Shown one piece after another: positions 17,390 through 27,300 of a DNA stretch of 36,089 bases (its first letter is position 1; every line of letters begins with the position of its first letter). A model generated the notes under the pieces. The model was not told the DNA's origin, made no database searches, and worked only from the letters and a program-made list of their open reading frames with translations. Source of the DNA: a candidate division FCPU426 bacterium (GTDB lineage Bacteria > Oederibacteriota > Muellerivitia > Muellerivitales > Muellerivitaceae); the NCBI GenBank assembly GCA_963738405.1, contig CAVTWJ010000007.1, positions 1 to 36,089 of the forward strand. The letters are read 5' to 3'. The position numbers and the translations under genes are program-made.

Positions 17390-18562
17390 ATGAAGTTTGA
17401 TCTTATTCTTCCAGAGTTGCCAAGTGGTTACGTGGCTGAATTTCACCCCAAAGGAAAACCAGGTCCACTAAAAGTCCATATATCGGGATATTACACAATT
17501 GAAAATGGTGAAGGATTAATTCGAGCGTTGGATGGAATCTCTCATGCATATCTTTCGCAGCTTCCAAAGGAAAAAAGACCCGATGAGTCCCAAATAAATT
17601 CCTTGCTTGCGATAGTCCGAAAGGATAAGAGCTGTACCCTGTATATAAACGAGCTACAACTTGTGGCAGAAATTATTACGAAACGATTTGCGGCTAAAAA
17701 TGATGCGGTATATACCGATGACATTGCTGATGTTGTTCGAATGACAATTAAAGATATAACGATTCCAAGCGATGCTGGTTTTGCATTAGTCCTTTCTTCG
17801 GGGTGGCGTCGGGGCTTGTTTTTCGATTATGGACCCTTTTTTCCCGATAAGGATAGTGACCGAAAATACGATTTCGAAGCGACACTTGCACAGGTATGGG
17901 CCTATATCACCCTGCAAAACCGTTTGGCCTTTTCCGAAAAGCAATGGGAAGAGTTTTTTAAGCAAGCCTGGTTCCCCTATTCGTCTCTCAATTCCGAACG
18001 GATTGAAAGTATTAAAAATTACGCTGAAAACAGCTTGCCGATTGATGATATGCAAAATGAAATAAAAGGCGATTTACTCAAACGGTGTTCTGAAATACGG
18101 TCTGCAATTTCTACCCATGCCGAATTAGAAAAACATAGGGATTACCTATTAAAGACCGTTGAGCATTTTCAAAATTCTGACTGGCTCAGTTGTTCATCTA
18201 TGCTTTACCCACGCATTGAAGGCGTGCTTCGTTCTTGGCATGAAAAAGTCGGTATTGGGACACAGGCTAATCAGAACAATCTTGTAAAAAGCGCAGGTAC
18301 TTCCTTAAATGGCAGGCCGATCGCCTCTGGGTTGCTTCTTGTACCAAAGTTTTTAGAATTTTTAGATAATATTTATTTTGCAGATTTTGATCCAGCTCAT
18401 CCTGAAGGGGTTTCACGCCATACCGTTTCGCACGGGGTTGTACCCCAAGAGCAATTGAATCTTAAATCAGCTTTAACCGGGATGATGATTTTGGAACAAC
18501 TTATTTTCCTAATGAGTGCTGGAAAAGCTGGTGTTAATTTGAAGACTAACCCTGTTAAATAG
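17390..18562 (+). CDS. Hypothetical protein with C-terminal HEPN-like (RxxxxH) domain, low GC
   Basis: ATG 17390 with GGAGG RBS. C-terminal helical region with YPRIEGVLR and SRHTVSHG (R-X4-H), the HEPN E...RxxxxH pattern. Confidence 0.65.
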   Translation: MKFDLILPELPSGYVAEFHPKGKPGPLKVHISGYYTIENGEGLIRALDGISHAYLSQLPKEKRPDESQINSLLAIVRKDKSCTLYINELQLVAEIITKRFAAKNDAVYTDDIADVVRMTIKDITIPSDAGFALVLSSGWRRGLFFDYGPFFPDKDSDRKYDFEATLAQVWAYITLQNRLAFSEKQWEEFFKQAWFPYSSLNSERIESIKNYAENSLPIDDMQNEIKGDLLKRCSEIRSAISTHAELEKHRDYLLKTVEHFQNSDWLSCSSMLYPRIEGVLRSWHEKVGIGTQANQNNLVKSAGTSLNGRPIASGLLLVPKFLEFLDNIYFADFDPAHPEGVSRHTVSHGVVPQEQLNLKSALTGMMILEQLIFLMSAGKAGVNLKTNPVK

Positions 18563-18648
18563 AAATAAAGGGGCGATCAAACAAGACTTTTTGTAATTCG
18601 ATAATCCTTTAGTGATAAATGTAAGCCGTTTTATTATTGAGGTTAAAA

Positions 18649-20445
18649 GTGAGTCTTCCTAATCCGGGGCAATTTGGTAACTTTGAAGATTTTCTTAAAG
18701 TTTTATGTAAGAGTCGTGAGCCTTTCTCGACATTTTGGTTATCCGATCAACTGCCTGTTTTCATCGAAAAATTAAAACAACAAAAACAACCAATTCCTGA
18801 TGATCTGTACTGGGAAGTTGTAGCATTTCTTTTCAGGCCAAACATGAATTTTGTTTTCGATGAGATTTATTTTTATATGGGTTGGGGATTAGTTAATGAA
18901 CAAGAAAATCAGGTTAAAAATATTCCTATTGAGGAAATTGTTGCAAATAAAAATGCTTTGGAATATTGGGGAAGAAGGTTTTTAGACTGTTCGCATCCAT
19001 TATTAAAACTGAGATATGCGGATTTGATATGGGAATTTTCGAAAGGGGATATAAATAAAAGCATAAAAGCAGATGTGGCAAGGGAGATAATTAAATGCAC
19101 TAAAGAAATAATTGACGAAAATTTAATCCACGAATCTAGTTCAGTTACTGAAAAAGTATCAAAAATAGGATTATTGAGGCGAGCACTCTATATTTCAAAG
19201 TGTTTAAAAGATCATTCTCTTGAAGAAGCGGTTATTAAAATCGGCATTAAGTTACATGATCAAATAAAAATGGAAGATGGTCTGCTTTCTAAAACATTTG
19301 CATTTGATTTATTTCTCAATCAAAAAACAAATATTTCTCCCAACGATGAAAAAATATTAGTAAATGATTTAGAAAAATATTTCAACGACTGTTGTTTATC
19401 AAATGATTTTGATTTTTTTGACATTTTAAACACCTCCGAAATATTATCTGCATATTTTAAACGCACAAATAATTCTGCTAAGAAAGACGAGATTTTGAGG
19501 AATGCCGTTTTCGCGCTCGAAAAGATCAGTTCGAAATTCGAACCATTGATAGCTGTTGAATACTTGAAGAAAATTCATCGAATCTTTGGTGAGCTTGGCG
19601 ATGCTAATGAAGCGGATAGGGTATTAATTAAAATTAGAGATTTAAGCCCCGCTGTTTTAGATAGCTTAAAACCGGTGGGCACTGAATTTCAAATAACACA
19701 AAAAGAAATCGATCAACTATTAAAGGCTGTAATAGTTGATGACTTAGAAAAAACAATTAACAATTTAATAATTTATTTTCTTCCAAGAAAGAAAAAGATA
19801 TTTGAACTGTTAAAAGATTTGGCCCAAGATCATCCGTTGTTATTTTTAATGCCTAAGAAAATTGTCGATAAAGAGGGCCTGACTGTTGCTTATATAGGTT
19901 CATTGAATGACGACCTTGATGGAAATATTATTTATGAGATTTCGCGTAATTTGCAGATGAATAGAATTTATCTAAAATTCATTTTTGATGAATTAAATAA
20001 AAAACACTTCAAAATTATTGACGACTACATGCGACTGATAACAACATCACCGCTGTTTCCTAAAGACTCTCATGTTTTTATTAAAGAAGCGCTTAAGGAT
20101 TACTTAGAAAAAAAATATATTCAATCTTCGCATGTGCTAATTCCTCAAATAGAAGCAGCTTTAAGACGACTAGCGAAGAAAATTGGTATCGTGACTATTA
20201 AGTTCAATAGAAATGGAGGATATGATTACAAAATACTTCATGAACTATTAAGGGATTCACAACTGGTAGAATTTCTTGGTGAAGATGTTTGTAATTTCTT
20301 GAATGTTTTGCTCACCGAAAAGAGGGGATTGAATTGGCGTAATGATATGTTCCATGGGTTGATGGAAGAAAATGAAATTAACGAAGTTATGATGAATTAT
20401 TTGTTAATGGTCGTTTTTTTGCTCTGTACAATAAAGTTTCAATAA
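18649..20445 (+). CDS. DUF4209-like / HEPN-like protein, very low GC
   Basis: GTG 18649 with GAGG RBS (track start TTG 18637). C-terminal HVLIPQIEAALR ... GLNWRNDMFHG is the DUF4209-type RNxxxH signature. Strongly AT-rich codon usage relative to flanks. Confidence 0.75.
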   Translation: MSLPNPGQFGNFEDFLKVLCKSREPFSTFWLSDQLPVFIEKLKQQKQPIPDDLYWEVVAFLFRPNMNFVFDEIYFYMGWGLVNEQENQVKNIPIEEIVANKNALEYWGRRFLDCSHPLLKLRYADLIWEFSKGDINKSIKADVAREIIKCTKEIIDENLIHESSSVTEKVSKIGLLRRALYISKCLKDHSLEEAVIKIGIKLHDQIKMEDGLLSKTFAFDLFLNQKTNISPNDEKILVNDLEKYFNDCCLSNDFDFFDILNTSEILSAYFKRTNNSAKKDEILRNAVFALEKISSKFEPLIAVEYLKKIHRIFGELGDANEADRVLIKIRDLSPAVLDSLKPVGTEFQITQKEIDQLLKAVIVDDLEKTINNLIIYFLPRKKKIFELLKDLAQDHPLLFLMPKKIVDKEGLTVAYIGSLNDDLDGNIIYEISRNLQMNRIYLKFIFDELNKKHFKIIDDYMRLITTSPLFPKDSHVFIKEALKDYLEKKYIQSSHVLIPQIEAALRRLAKKIGIVTIKFNRNGGYDYKILHELLRDSQLVEFLGEDVCNFLNVLLTEKRGLNWRNDMFHGLMEENEINEVMMNYLLMVVFLLCTIKFQ

Positions 20446-20475
20446 TTCTTGATCCGATGAATGGAAAAATAGGGT

Positions 20476-20585
20476 CAGGCTGATCCTCCCCCGAAATAAT
20501 GGATACCCCAGAAAAGGGAATGCCCTGGTTTAGCCTTATCCCTTTAAATCGCCCCATGAAATCCATCCTTGGTATGACCTTTTAA
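20476..20585 (+). repeat. Direct repeat copy 1: duplicated upstream region and truncated 5' end of the 24353 gene (MKSILGMTF*)
   Basis: Gapless alignment to 24273-24380 at offset 3797; the 3' 82 bp match at 69/82 by hand count; ATG 20556 to TAA 20585. Confidence 0.85.
20481..20505 (+). mobile_element. IS3-family-like terminal inverted repeat (orphan end, element interior to the right)
   Basis: TGATCCTCCCCCGAAATAATGGATA: TG terminus, similar to the inverted copy at 17208-17232 and to recalled IS3 ends. Confidence 0.5.
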
Positions 20586-20666
20586 CAAAAACAAAACTCT
20601 GATCCTGTAACCTTTTGGATTGGCCCCTAGTAGATTCAGGCGTTCAATTCAATCCAAGGGGTTGCC

Positions 20667-22397
20667 ATGCTTTTCCTTCTTTTCTTCAGCTTTCTCGCCG
20701 GTTTCGCCACCATTCTCGCGCCCTGCATCTGGCCCCTTCTGCCCCTGGTGCTTTCGGTTTCTTCCACGGGAGGGAAGCGAAAACCCTTCGGCCTGACCCT
20801 GGGGGTCATGACCAGCTTCACCCTCTTCACCCTGTTCGTTTCTTATTTAGAGCGGATTCTTCACATCGACGCCAATGTGTTTCGGCTGATGGCGGTGGTG
20901 ATTATCGGTCTATTGGGCATATCCCTATTATTTCCCGCGCTCGGCGCCAGGTTTGAAGCCTGGATCAACCAGGTGCTTCAGCCCCTTCAAAACAGGCTTC
21001 AGGGCCAAGGCGAGGGAACAGGCTTTGGCGCGGGTTATGTGGCGGGCTTTTCCATCGGGCTCGTCTGGGCGCCCTGCGCCGGGCCCATCCTGGCCACCAT
21101 CGCCACCCTGGCCGCGACCCAATCCGTCAGCTTCCAGGTGATCCTGGTGACTTTGGCCTATGCGGTGGGGTTGGGCATTCCCCTTTTGCTGGTTTCGCTC
21201 GGCGGTTCGGTCATCTTCGCCCGCATGCGCAAGGTCAACAAGTACACGGGGATCATCCAGCAGGCTTTCGGCGTGGTGATGATCGCGGTGGCATTGCTGA
21301 TTTACACCAATTACGACAAGACGATTCAACTGAAGATTCTGGAGGCCTTTCCCTCTTACGGAAACCTGCTCAGCGGCGTGGAAAACAACAAGATCGTCAG
21401 CGATCAATTGGATTCCCTGAGGGGCACCAAAGCCACCCAGGCCACCGCTGGCATGGGGGGGAAACTGGCCGACTTGGGGCCAGCGCCCGAATTTACCGGC
21501 ATCACGAACTGGCTCAACAGCCCGCCCCTGACCCTGGCTTCCTTAAAGGGCAAGGTGGTGTTGGTGGACTTTTGGACCTACAGCTGTATCAACTGCCTGC
21601 GCACACTGCCCAACACCAAGGCCTGGTATCAAAAATACGGGCCCGACCATTTCGTGCTGATCGGCGTGCACGCGCCCGAATTCGCCTTTGAAAAAGACAC
21701 CGCCAATGTGCAAAAGGCCCTGAAGCAATTCGACATTACCTATCCGGTCCCCCAGGACAACGACTTCAAGACCTGGGGCGCCTTTCACAACGAATACTGG
21801 CCCGCCGAGTACCTGATTGACGCGAAGGGGCATATCCGCCTGGCCGATTTTGGGGAAGGGCATTACGACGAAATGGACGCCGCCATCCGCCAGCTGTTGG
21901 CCGAGGCCGGCCACCCGGTCGCCGGGGGCGCGGCCCTGGTGCAGGCCCCCAGCGACAGTTACGACCAGACCCCCGAATCTTATTTGGGGCTGGACCGGCT
22001 GGACCGTTTCGCCTCGCCGCAAAAGCCCGCCGCCGGAAGCCATACCTATTCCTTGCCCCAAACCCTGCCTAACCACCACCTGGCCTATGAAGGCGCCTGG
22101 ACACTGACGGGCGAGGCCGCCAAGCCGGCCCAGGGTTCGGCCCTGGAATTCCAGTTCACGGCGGACAAGGTGTACCTGGTGATCGGCCCGGCGCAAAAGG
22201 GGGACCAGGTTTCCATTTTCTTAGATGGAAAGCCCATCGGCGACGCTTCGGGGACGGATGTACAAAACGGCAAGGTGCTTTTGGACACCCAAAGGCTTTA
22301 CAACCTGGTGGATTTGAAGGGAAAGCCGGGCACCCACCGCCTGAGGGTGGAGTTTACGGACCCGGGAACATCGGTCTATGCCTTTACCTTTGGGTGA
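20667..22397 (+). CDS. dipZ: Cytochrome c biogenesis DipZ-type protein (DsbD/CcdA TM domain + thioredoxin + C-terminal beta domain)
   Basis: TM cysteines in APCIWP and WAPCAGP; thioredoxin VDFWTYSCINC; GVHAPEF, YWPAEY, FGEGHY, TPESYLG and C-terminal YAFTFG. Confidence 0.9.
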   Translation: MLFLLFFSFLAGFATILAPCIWPLLPLVLSVSSTGGKRKPFGLTLGVMTSFTLFTLFVSYLERILHIDANVFRLMAVVIIGLLGISLLFPALGARFEAWINQVLQPLQNRLQGQGEGTGFGAGYVAGFSIGLVWAPCAGPILATIATLAATQSVSFQVILVTLAYAVGLGIPLLLVSLGGSVIFARMRKVNKYTGIIQQAFGVVMIAVALLIYTNYDKTIQLKILEAFPSYGNLLSGVENNKIVSDQLDSLRGTKATQATAGMGGKLADLGPAPEFTGITNWLNSPPLTLASLKGKVVLVDFWTYSCINCLRTLPNTKAWYQKYGPDHFVLIGVHAPEFAFEKDTANVQKALKQFDITYPVPQDNDFKTWGAFHNEYWPAEYLIDAKGHIRLADFGEGHYDEMDAAIRQLLAEAGHPVAGGAALVQAPSDSYDQTPESYLGLDRLDRFASPQKPAAGSHTYSLPQTLPNHHLAYEGAWTLTGEAAKPAQGSALEFQFTADKVYLVIGPAQKGDQVSIFLDGKPIGDASGTDVQNGKVLLDTQRLYNLVDLKGKPGTHRLRVEFTDPGTSVYAFTFG

Positions 22398-22410
22398 AAT
22401 CTCAAATTTT

Positions 22411-22430
22411 CCACCACCAAGACACCAAGA
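22411..22430 (+). repeat. CACCAAGA octamer repeat, intergenic copy (x2)
   Basis: CCAC-CACCAAGA-CACCAAGA just after the dipZ stop; same unit at 26667-26690 and 28397-28412. Confidence 0.7.
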
Positions 22431-22544
22431 GAGACATGTTTTTGATACCAGCAGTACTAAAGGGAAATTTTTTAGATATACCTTTCAAAAGAAATCGAAG
22501 AACCCGTTCTCGGGTAGCTTCATATTTGGACTGGGGAGGAAGTT

Positions 22545-22775
22545 ATGAGGAAGTTTTTAGCCGTTTTGTTGACCGGGCTATTCGTAAGTTTGAGCGGGTT
22601 GGCTTTGGCGGATGACGCCATGATGGCCACCCCGGGGGCCATGGCGCCTTCGATGAGCGCCACACCGGCGCCGAAAATGATGATGAAGAGGAAGATGAAA
22701 AAGAAAAAGATGAAGGCGATGAGCAAGGACATGGGGACAGCGACACCCATGGTTTCCACACCGATGGCCCAATAA
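22545..22775 (+). CDS. Small secreted Met/Lys-rich protein
   Basis: RBS GGAGGAAG; Sec signal ending ALA|DD; mature part MMATPGAMAPSMS...KMMMKRKMKKKKMKAMSKDM; followed by a terminator. Confidence 0.85.
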   Translation: MRKFLAVLLTGLFVSLSGLALADDAMMATPGAMAPSMSATPAPKMMMKRKMKKKKMKAMSKDMGTATPMVSTPMAQ

Positions 22776-22793
22776 GAGGTTTCGGTGGGTTCT

Positions 22794-22824
22794 TGAGCCG
22801 GGTGAAAGCCCGGCTCATTGTTTT
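22794..22824 (+). terminator. Intrinsic terminator
   Basis: TGAGCCGGG-TGAAAG-CCCGGCTCA followed by TTGTTTT, shortly after the stop at 22775. Confidence 0.75.
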
Positions 22825-23019
22825 ATTCAAGGCGTTGAAGGAAGCCATAAAGTAGTTCCTTCGGGTAAGTCGATAGCAGGCCCTTTTTTTACAAAGAAAA
22901 ACCTTAAAAAGACTATAAAACAATGAAGGTAAACGGCCTACCTTGCATTTACGGTCATACCGAACTAATGTCCCCTTAGACACTTCGATCTGAGGGTTTG
23001 GAAAGAGTTAAGAAACCGT

Positions 23020-24126
23020 TTGAATAACGGGAATTCATCGTTTTTCTTTCCATCCCCTGTCAGGGGAGATCATTTGGCTGAAGAACATCGATTATCCAAA
23101 CCAAAAATCAACGCCCTCAAGAAAAAGGGAGACCGCTTTTTTCAAAGGGGCACCAAGGGCCTCAATGAGGCAAAGTTGGGCCAAGCCAGGATCCACTTGG
23201 ATCAGGCCCTTCTGTTCTATTCCAACGCCAATGATTCTGGGGGCATCGCCGCTTGTCTTTTGAAGTTGGGAAGGGTCGTGGAGTTGATGGGGGAGTACCC
23301 ACGGGCCAAAGAAACCTACCAGGCAAGCCTTGATCTTTACCAGCGGTTGAAAGATATCTCAGGTATCGCCCGATCTAAGGCTTTTTTAGGAAACGTGGCT
23401 TGGGCCCAGGGCGATTATGCGGCTTCGGAGAAACTCCTGAATGAAGCTGGCCATTTTTTTAAGGAATCCCCGGACCCGTCGGGCGAGGCATGGGTCATCG
23501 ACATGAAGGCAAATCTCCAACTCGCCCAAGGCCATGACATGGAGGCTGAAAAATTACACCTTGCGGCCTTGGAGAGGGTGTTGGCCCTTGGTGAAAAACA
23601 GGAAAACCTCGGGTGGCATGAGTACCACATGGCGGCCATCCAACTTTTCCGCAACCAATTGGAGGAATCGCGTTTAGGTTTTCTGCGCGCACTCGAAATT
23701 TTTACCCGGTTGGGGGATGTTTTGGGCAAGGTGGCGACTTGCACCCACCTGGGGGAGATTGCCTGCCTGCAAAATGATTTTACGGCAGCGGAAAAATACG
23801 TCTTTCAGTCGATCCACTGGGTGATTCCCACCCAATGCAGGCCGCTTTTAACGGACGCCCTGACGAGCCTAGCCCGATTGTTGAACGCTCGAAATCAAAA
23901 AAACAAGGCATTAGGCATTTTGATGTTTGTGTTATCCCATCCCACCTGCCGCCAACAAACCAAAGACAGCATGGTGAACCTCTCGAAGTCCTTGGAAGCA
24001 AACTTTTCTTTAAAAGAGCTTGAAAGCGGTTTCACATGGGCTAAGCAATTCACGATGGAAGAAATGGCTTCCGCATGGCTGAAAGTTCTTGCGCCCAATT
24101 CGAAAAGTAAAAAGAATCAAGCCTGA
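23020..24126 (+). CDS. Tetratricopeptide repeat protein (cytoplasmic)
   Basis: Repeated helical units (GIAACLLKLGRV, GIARSKAFLGNVAWAQGDY, GKVATCTHLGEIA). The true start may be TTG 23074 (GGGGAG RBS). Confidence 0.8.
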   Translation: MNNGNSSFFFPSPVRGDHLAEEHRLSKPKINALKKKGDRFFQRGTKGLNEAKLGQARIHLDQALLFYSNANDSGGIAACLLKLGRVVELMGEYPRAKETYQASLDLYQRLKDISGIARSKAFLGNVAWAQGDYAASEKLLNEAGHFFKESPDPSGEAWVIDMKANLQLAQGHDMEAEKLHLAALERVLALGEKQENLGWHEYHMAAIQLFRNQLEESRLGFLRALEIFTRLGDVLGKVATCTHLGEIACLQNDFTAAEKYVFQSIHWVIPTQCRPLLTDALTSLARLLNARNQKNKALGILMFVLSHPTCRQQTKDSMVNLSKSLEANFSLKELESGFTWAKQFTMEEMASAWLKVLAPNSKSKKNQA

Positions 24127-24272
24127 ATAATGAAAATTCATCTATTCCATTCTTCTGAATGAATCAGGTTGATGATCCCGGTCGACATTTCAAACCCCGG
24201 TCTTTTTGCCCGACCCCATCACCCATCAAAACCGCCCGGAAGCCGAGATGGAGCTTAAATCCTCCGCAAAAC

Positions 24273-24380
24273 CAGGCTGAAGTTCCATTGAATGGGTCGA
24301 TAACCCCGAAAAGGAAATGCCCCGGCCTAGCCTTTTCCCCTAAAATGGCCTCATGAAATCCATCCTGGGTATGACCCTTT
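24273..24380 (+). repeat. Direct repeat copy 2 (upstream region and start of the O-antigen-ligase-like gene)
   Basis: Aligns without gaps to 20476-20583. Confidence 0.85.
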
Positions 24381-27300
24381 CTGCCGAAGCCATCTGGCAA
24401 ACCGGGTTCCTGATACTGGCCTCTTTTCTCCTCTTTAATCCCCCCTTAGCCAACCCCCTCTTTACGGCCATCGCCTTGGGGGGCGGGCTGGTTCTGACTC
24501 TTTTCTCCCCGAACCTATCGATGAAGCCCACCCATCTCGGATTTTTGGCCTGGGCTTTCTTAAGCTATGCGCTTCTTTCCTTTATATGGTCCTCTCAGCC
24601 GGGAGTCAGCCTGGTTTCGGCGGGTTTTCTTTTCCTCGCGGTTCTGCTTTTTCTTTCCCAGGCCGGTTGGGGAAAGAAGACTCAGGAAAGGGTGGAACTA
24701 TTCGGTCTTTTGCTGGCCCTTGCGGCGGCGGTGATGGGGTTGGAACAAAGGTTTTTTGGATTGCCGGCTTTAACCCAAGTTCTGCCCAGCTTTTATGGGG
24801 AAGAGCTGGATGTCATCAAGGCGGCGATCCATAACCAAAGGGCCTTCGGACCCTTGGTGACCCCAGGGGCTTTGGCGGCATTGATGATTTTCTTTTTTCC
24901 CCAGGCCTTCATTCGGGCCCAAATTGCGTCGGGCACTAAGAAAAATTTATTTTATTTAGCGGCCCTGGTTTTGACCGCCGGGCTTTGGTCCACCCAAAGC
25001 GTGGGCGCCCTGGCTTCCATGACCTTGGCGGTTCTCATCATCTTGGCGATCCGCAAATCTTATAAAGCCCTGGGATGGGTGTTGGGGTTGGGCCTGGCGG
25101 GGGTTTTATATTTGATCGCTCAGCGCGGGCTTTACAGCTGGCACCTGGCCGCCTTTTCCATGCGGCTCGAACTTTGGAACAAGGCCTGGCAGTTATTTTT
25201 GATGAAGCCCTGGCTGGGCTGGGGCTTGGGGTGCTTTGGGGAGGCTTACCAAAACCTGGGGTACGACCCGAACACCGGTTCCCGCTACGCCCACGACTTA
25301 CCCCTGCAGGTTTTGGTGGAACTGGGATTGCCGGGACTGGTGCTTCTCTTGATCGCCGTGTTTTCGATTCTTAAAAGGGTCAAACCCCAACCTCGATGGG
25401 AAGCCTGGGGCGTGGGTACGGGCCTTCTCTCTGTTCTTTTCTTTTCACTCGTTGATCTTCCGTTTCAGATGCCCGAATTGGCGGTTCTTTTCGCGGCGAC
25501 CGCGGGAAGAATCGAATTGAAAAATGTGGGTTCTAATACCTTCAACTTCCATTTTGCGATGGAGGTCTTTGGAGAAAGGCTTAGGGAAAGGAAAATTTTT
25601 GGTTTCAACGCGATAGAGTGGATATTGCTTGCCGTATTTTTGATCACCGGTTTTTGGCCGCCCTTTAGGCCCTGGAACTTTGCGCTTCTGGCCGTGACCC
25701 TTTGGGCCTTTGCGGGTTTAAGCGGCAAAACCCACGATCGAATATCCCTTTGGACCCTGCTGGGCGTTAGCTTTTTTATCCTCAGGGCCTTGGCTTCCCC
25801 CTCCGCCTCGGGGTGCGTCCGCTTTTTCGAATTGTCCGGCATTCTTTTGGCTTTCGCCACGGTCTTTCCCGCTCTTCCGAACAAAGAACGGTTTTTGAAG
25901 GCCTTTGGATTTTTGGGACTGATCTGGGCCCTGAAGGTTTGGTGGGAAACCTTTCACTACAACGAAGGCGGGTTTTCCGGCTGGATCCATTTCCAATTCT
26001 CGGACGTGAAAGATTGGATCATCTTTCCCAACCCGAAACAAATTGGCCTCTTCCTGATCCCTTTGCTTTTTCTTCCCTTTCTATTTCGCCATCGAAAGGC
26101 CCTTTGGGCCGCGTCGGCCGCCGCCTTTTTAACGGCTCTTCGCTTGAAAAGCGGGGGAGCCCTTTTGGGTTTTTTCGCGGGCTTATCGTGCTTCGCCAAG
26201 AAAAAATTCCTTCCCTGGATTTTGGGAACAGGGGTGGTCTTATTGTTGGGGATATTGGCCCTTCGCGCCGCCGACCCCAGTTCCACCAAATGGGGAAGGT
26301 TCGAAATTTGGGATTCGGCCCTGAAGGTTTTTGCCATGAACCCGATTCTGGGGCAGGGTCCGGGGGCCTTTGCCGGCCTTTACCATCAAGTCAAAGAGCC
26401 GAGGGAAGGAGGCGTTTCCCGTTATCTCATGGACGCCCGCTATGCCCACAACGAGGTCTTGGAACTGCTGGCGGCCTTTGGCCTCGTGGGATTCACTTTT
26501 CTTTCGGCCTGGTTGTTTCTGTTTTGGCCGGGGAAGGACAAGGCTTGGAACAGGGTATCGGCCTTGGGGCTGGGGGCGGCCTCCCTGACGGACTTTTGCT
26601 TCCACACGCCATTGATAGCGCTTTGGGGAACGGCCTTTTTGAATTTCAAAAGCTCCAATGATTCACCACCAAGACACCAAGACACCAAGAAAACCCGATT
26701 TTTAGATATTGGAAAAACCAGTTCGCCCCGCGAGACACCGTTCATAGCCCCCAACCTGACTAGGGGATTTTTGGTTTTGGGAATCGCCTTAGGGTTGTTC
26801 GCGGTTCCCGTTTTTATTCCCCAAGTGACCGACAAGTTCGAATCCGCCATCACCGCGAACCAATTGCCCCAGGCCCTGCGTTACATTCAAACGGCCCAAA
26901 ACCTGAACCCTTGGGACATGCGCTTGACCGCCCAAAAGATGGATTTTCTGGAGAAGCTTTATCTTTCCACCGGCGACCCGACCTGGAAACAACGAGCGGA
27001 TGACGCCCAAGACCATCTGACCGCCATGGAAGGAACCGATGGGTCCCTCAGGTTCGAAAAAGCCCAGCGCCTCGTCGCGCGCTACAACCTGCGCCCCGAT
27101 GCCGAAAGCCTCAATGCGGCGAAAGACGCCTGGGAAATGGCGCAGAGGGCTCTGCCTTTCAACGCCTTCGTGAGATTTGAGAAGGGCATGTTCTATTACG
27201 GTCGGGGGCCCGGAAAATCGGGAATCTGGAACCTGACTACGGCCCTGGATGGGGCCGAGGCCTTGAGATGTTTTCAACAGGCGCAAGGGTTGGAACCGAA

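Noticed and set aside
22394..22615. 73-aa ORF MKSQIFHHQDTK...
   Set aside because: Mostly a translation of the intergenic CACCAAGA repeat, and it overlaps the better-supported 22545 gene out of frame.
25813..26661. 282-aa alternative-frame ORF inside the ligase-like gene
   Set aside because: Fully overlaps a frame with clear Wzy_C motifs; the Arg/Gly-rich composition is typical of off-frame translation.
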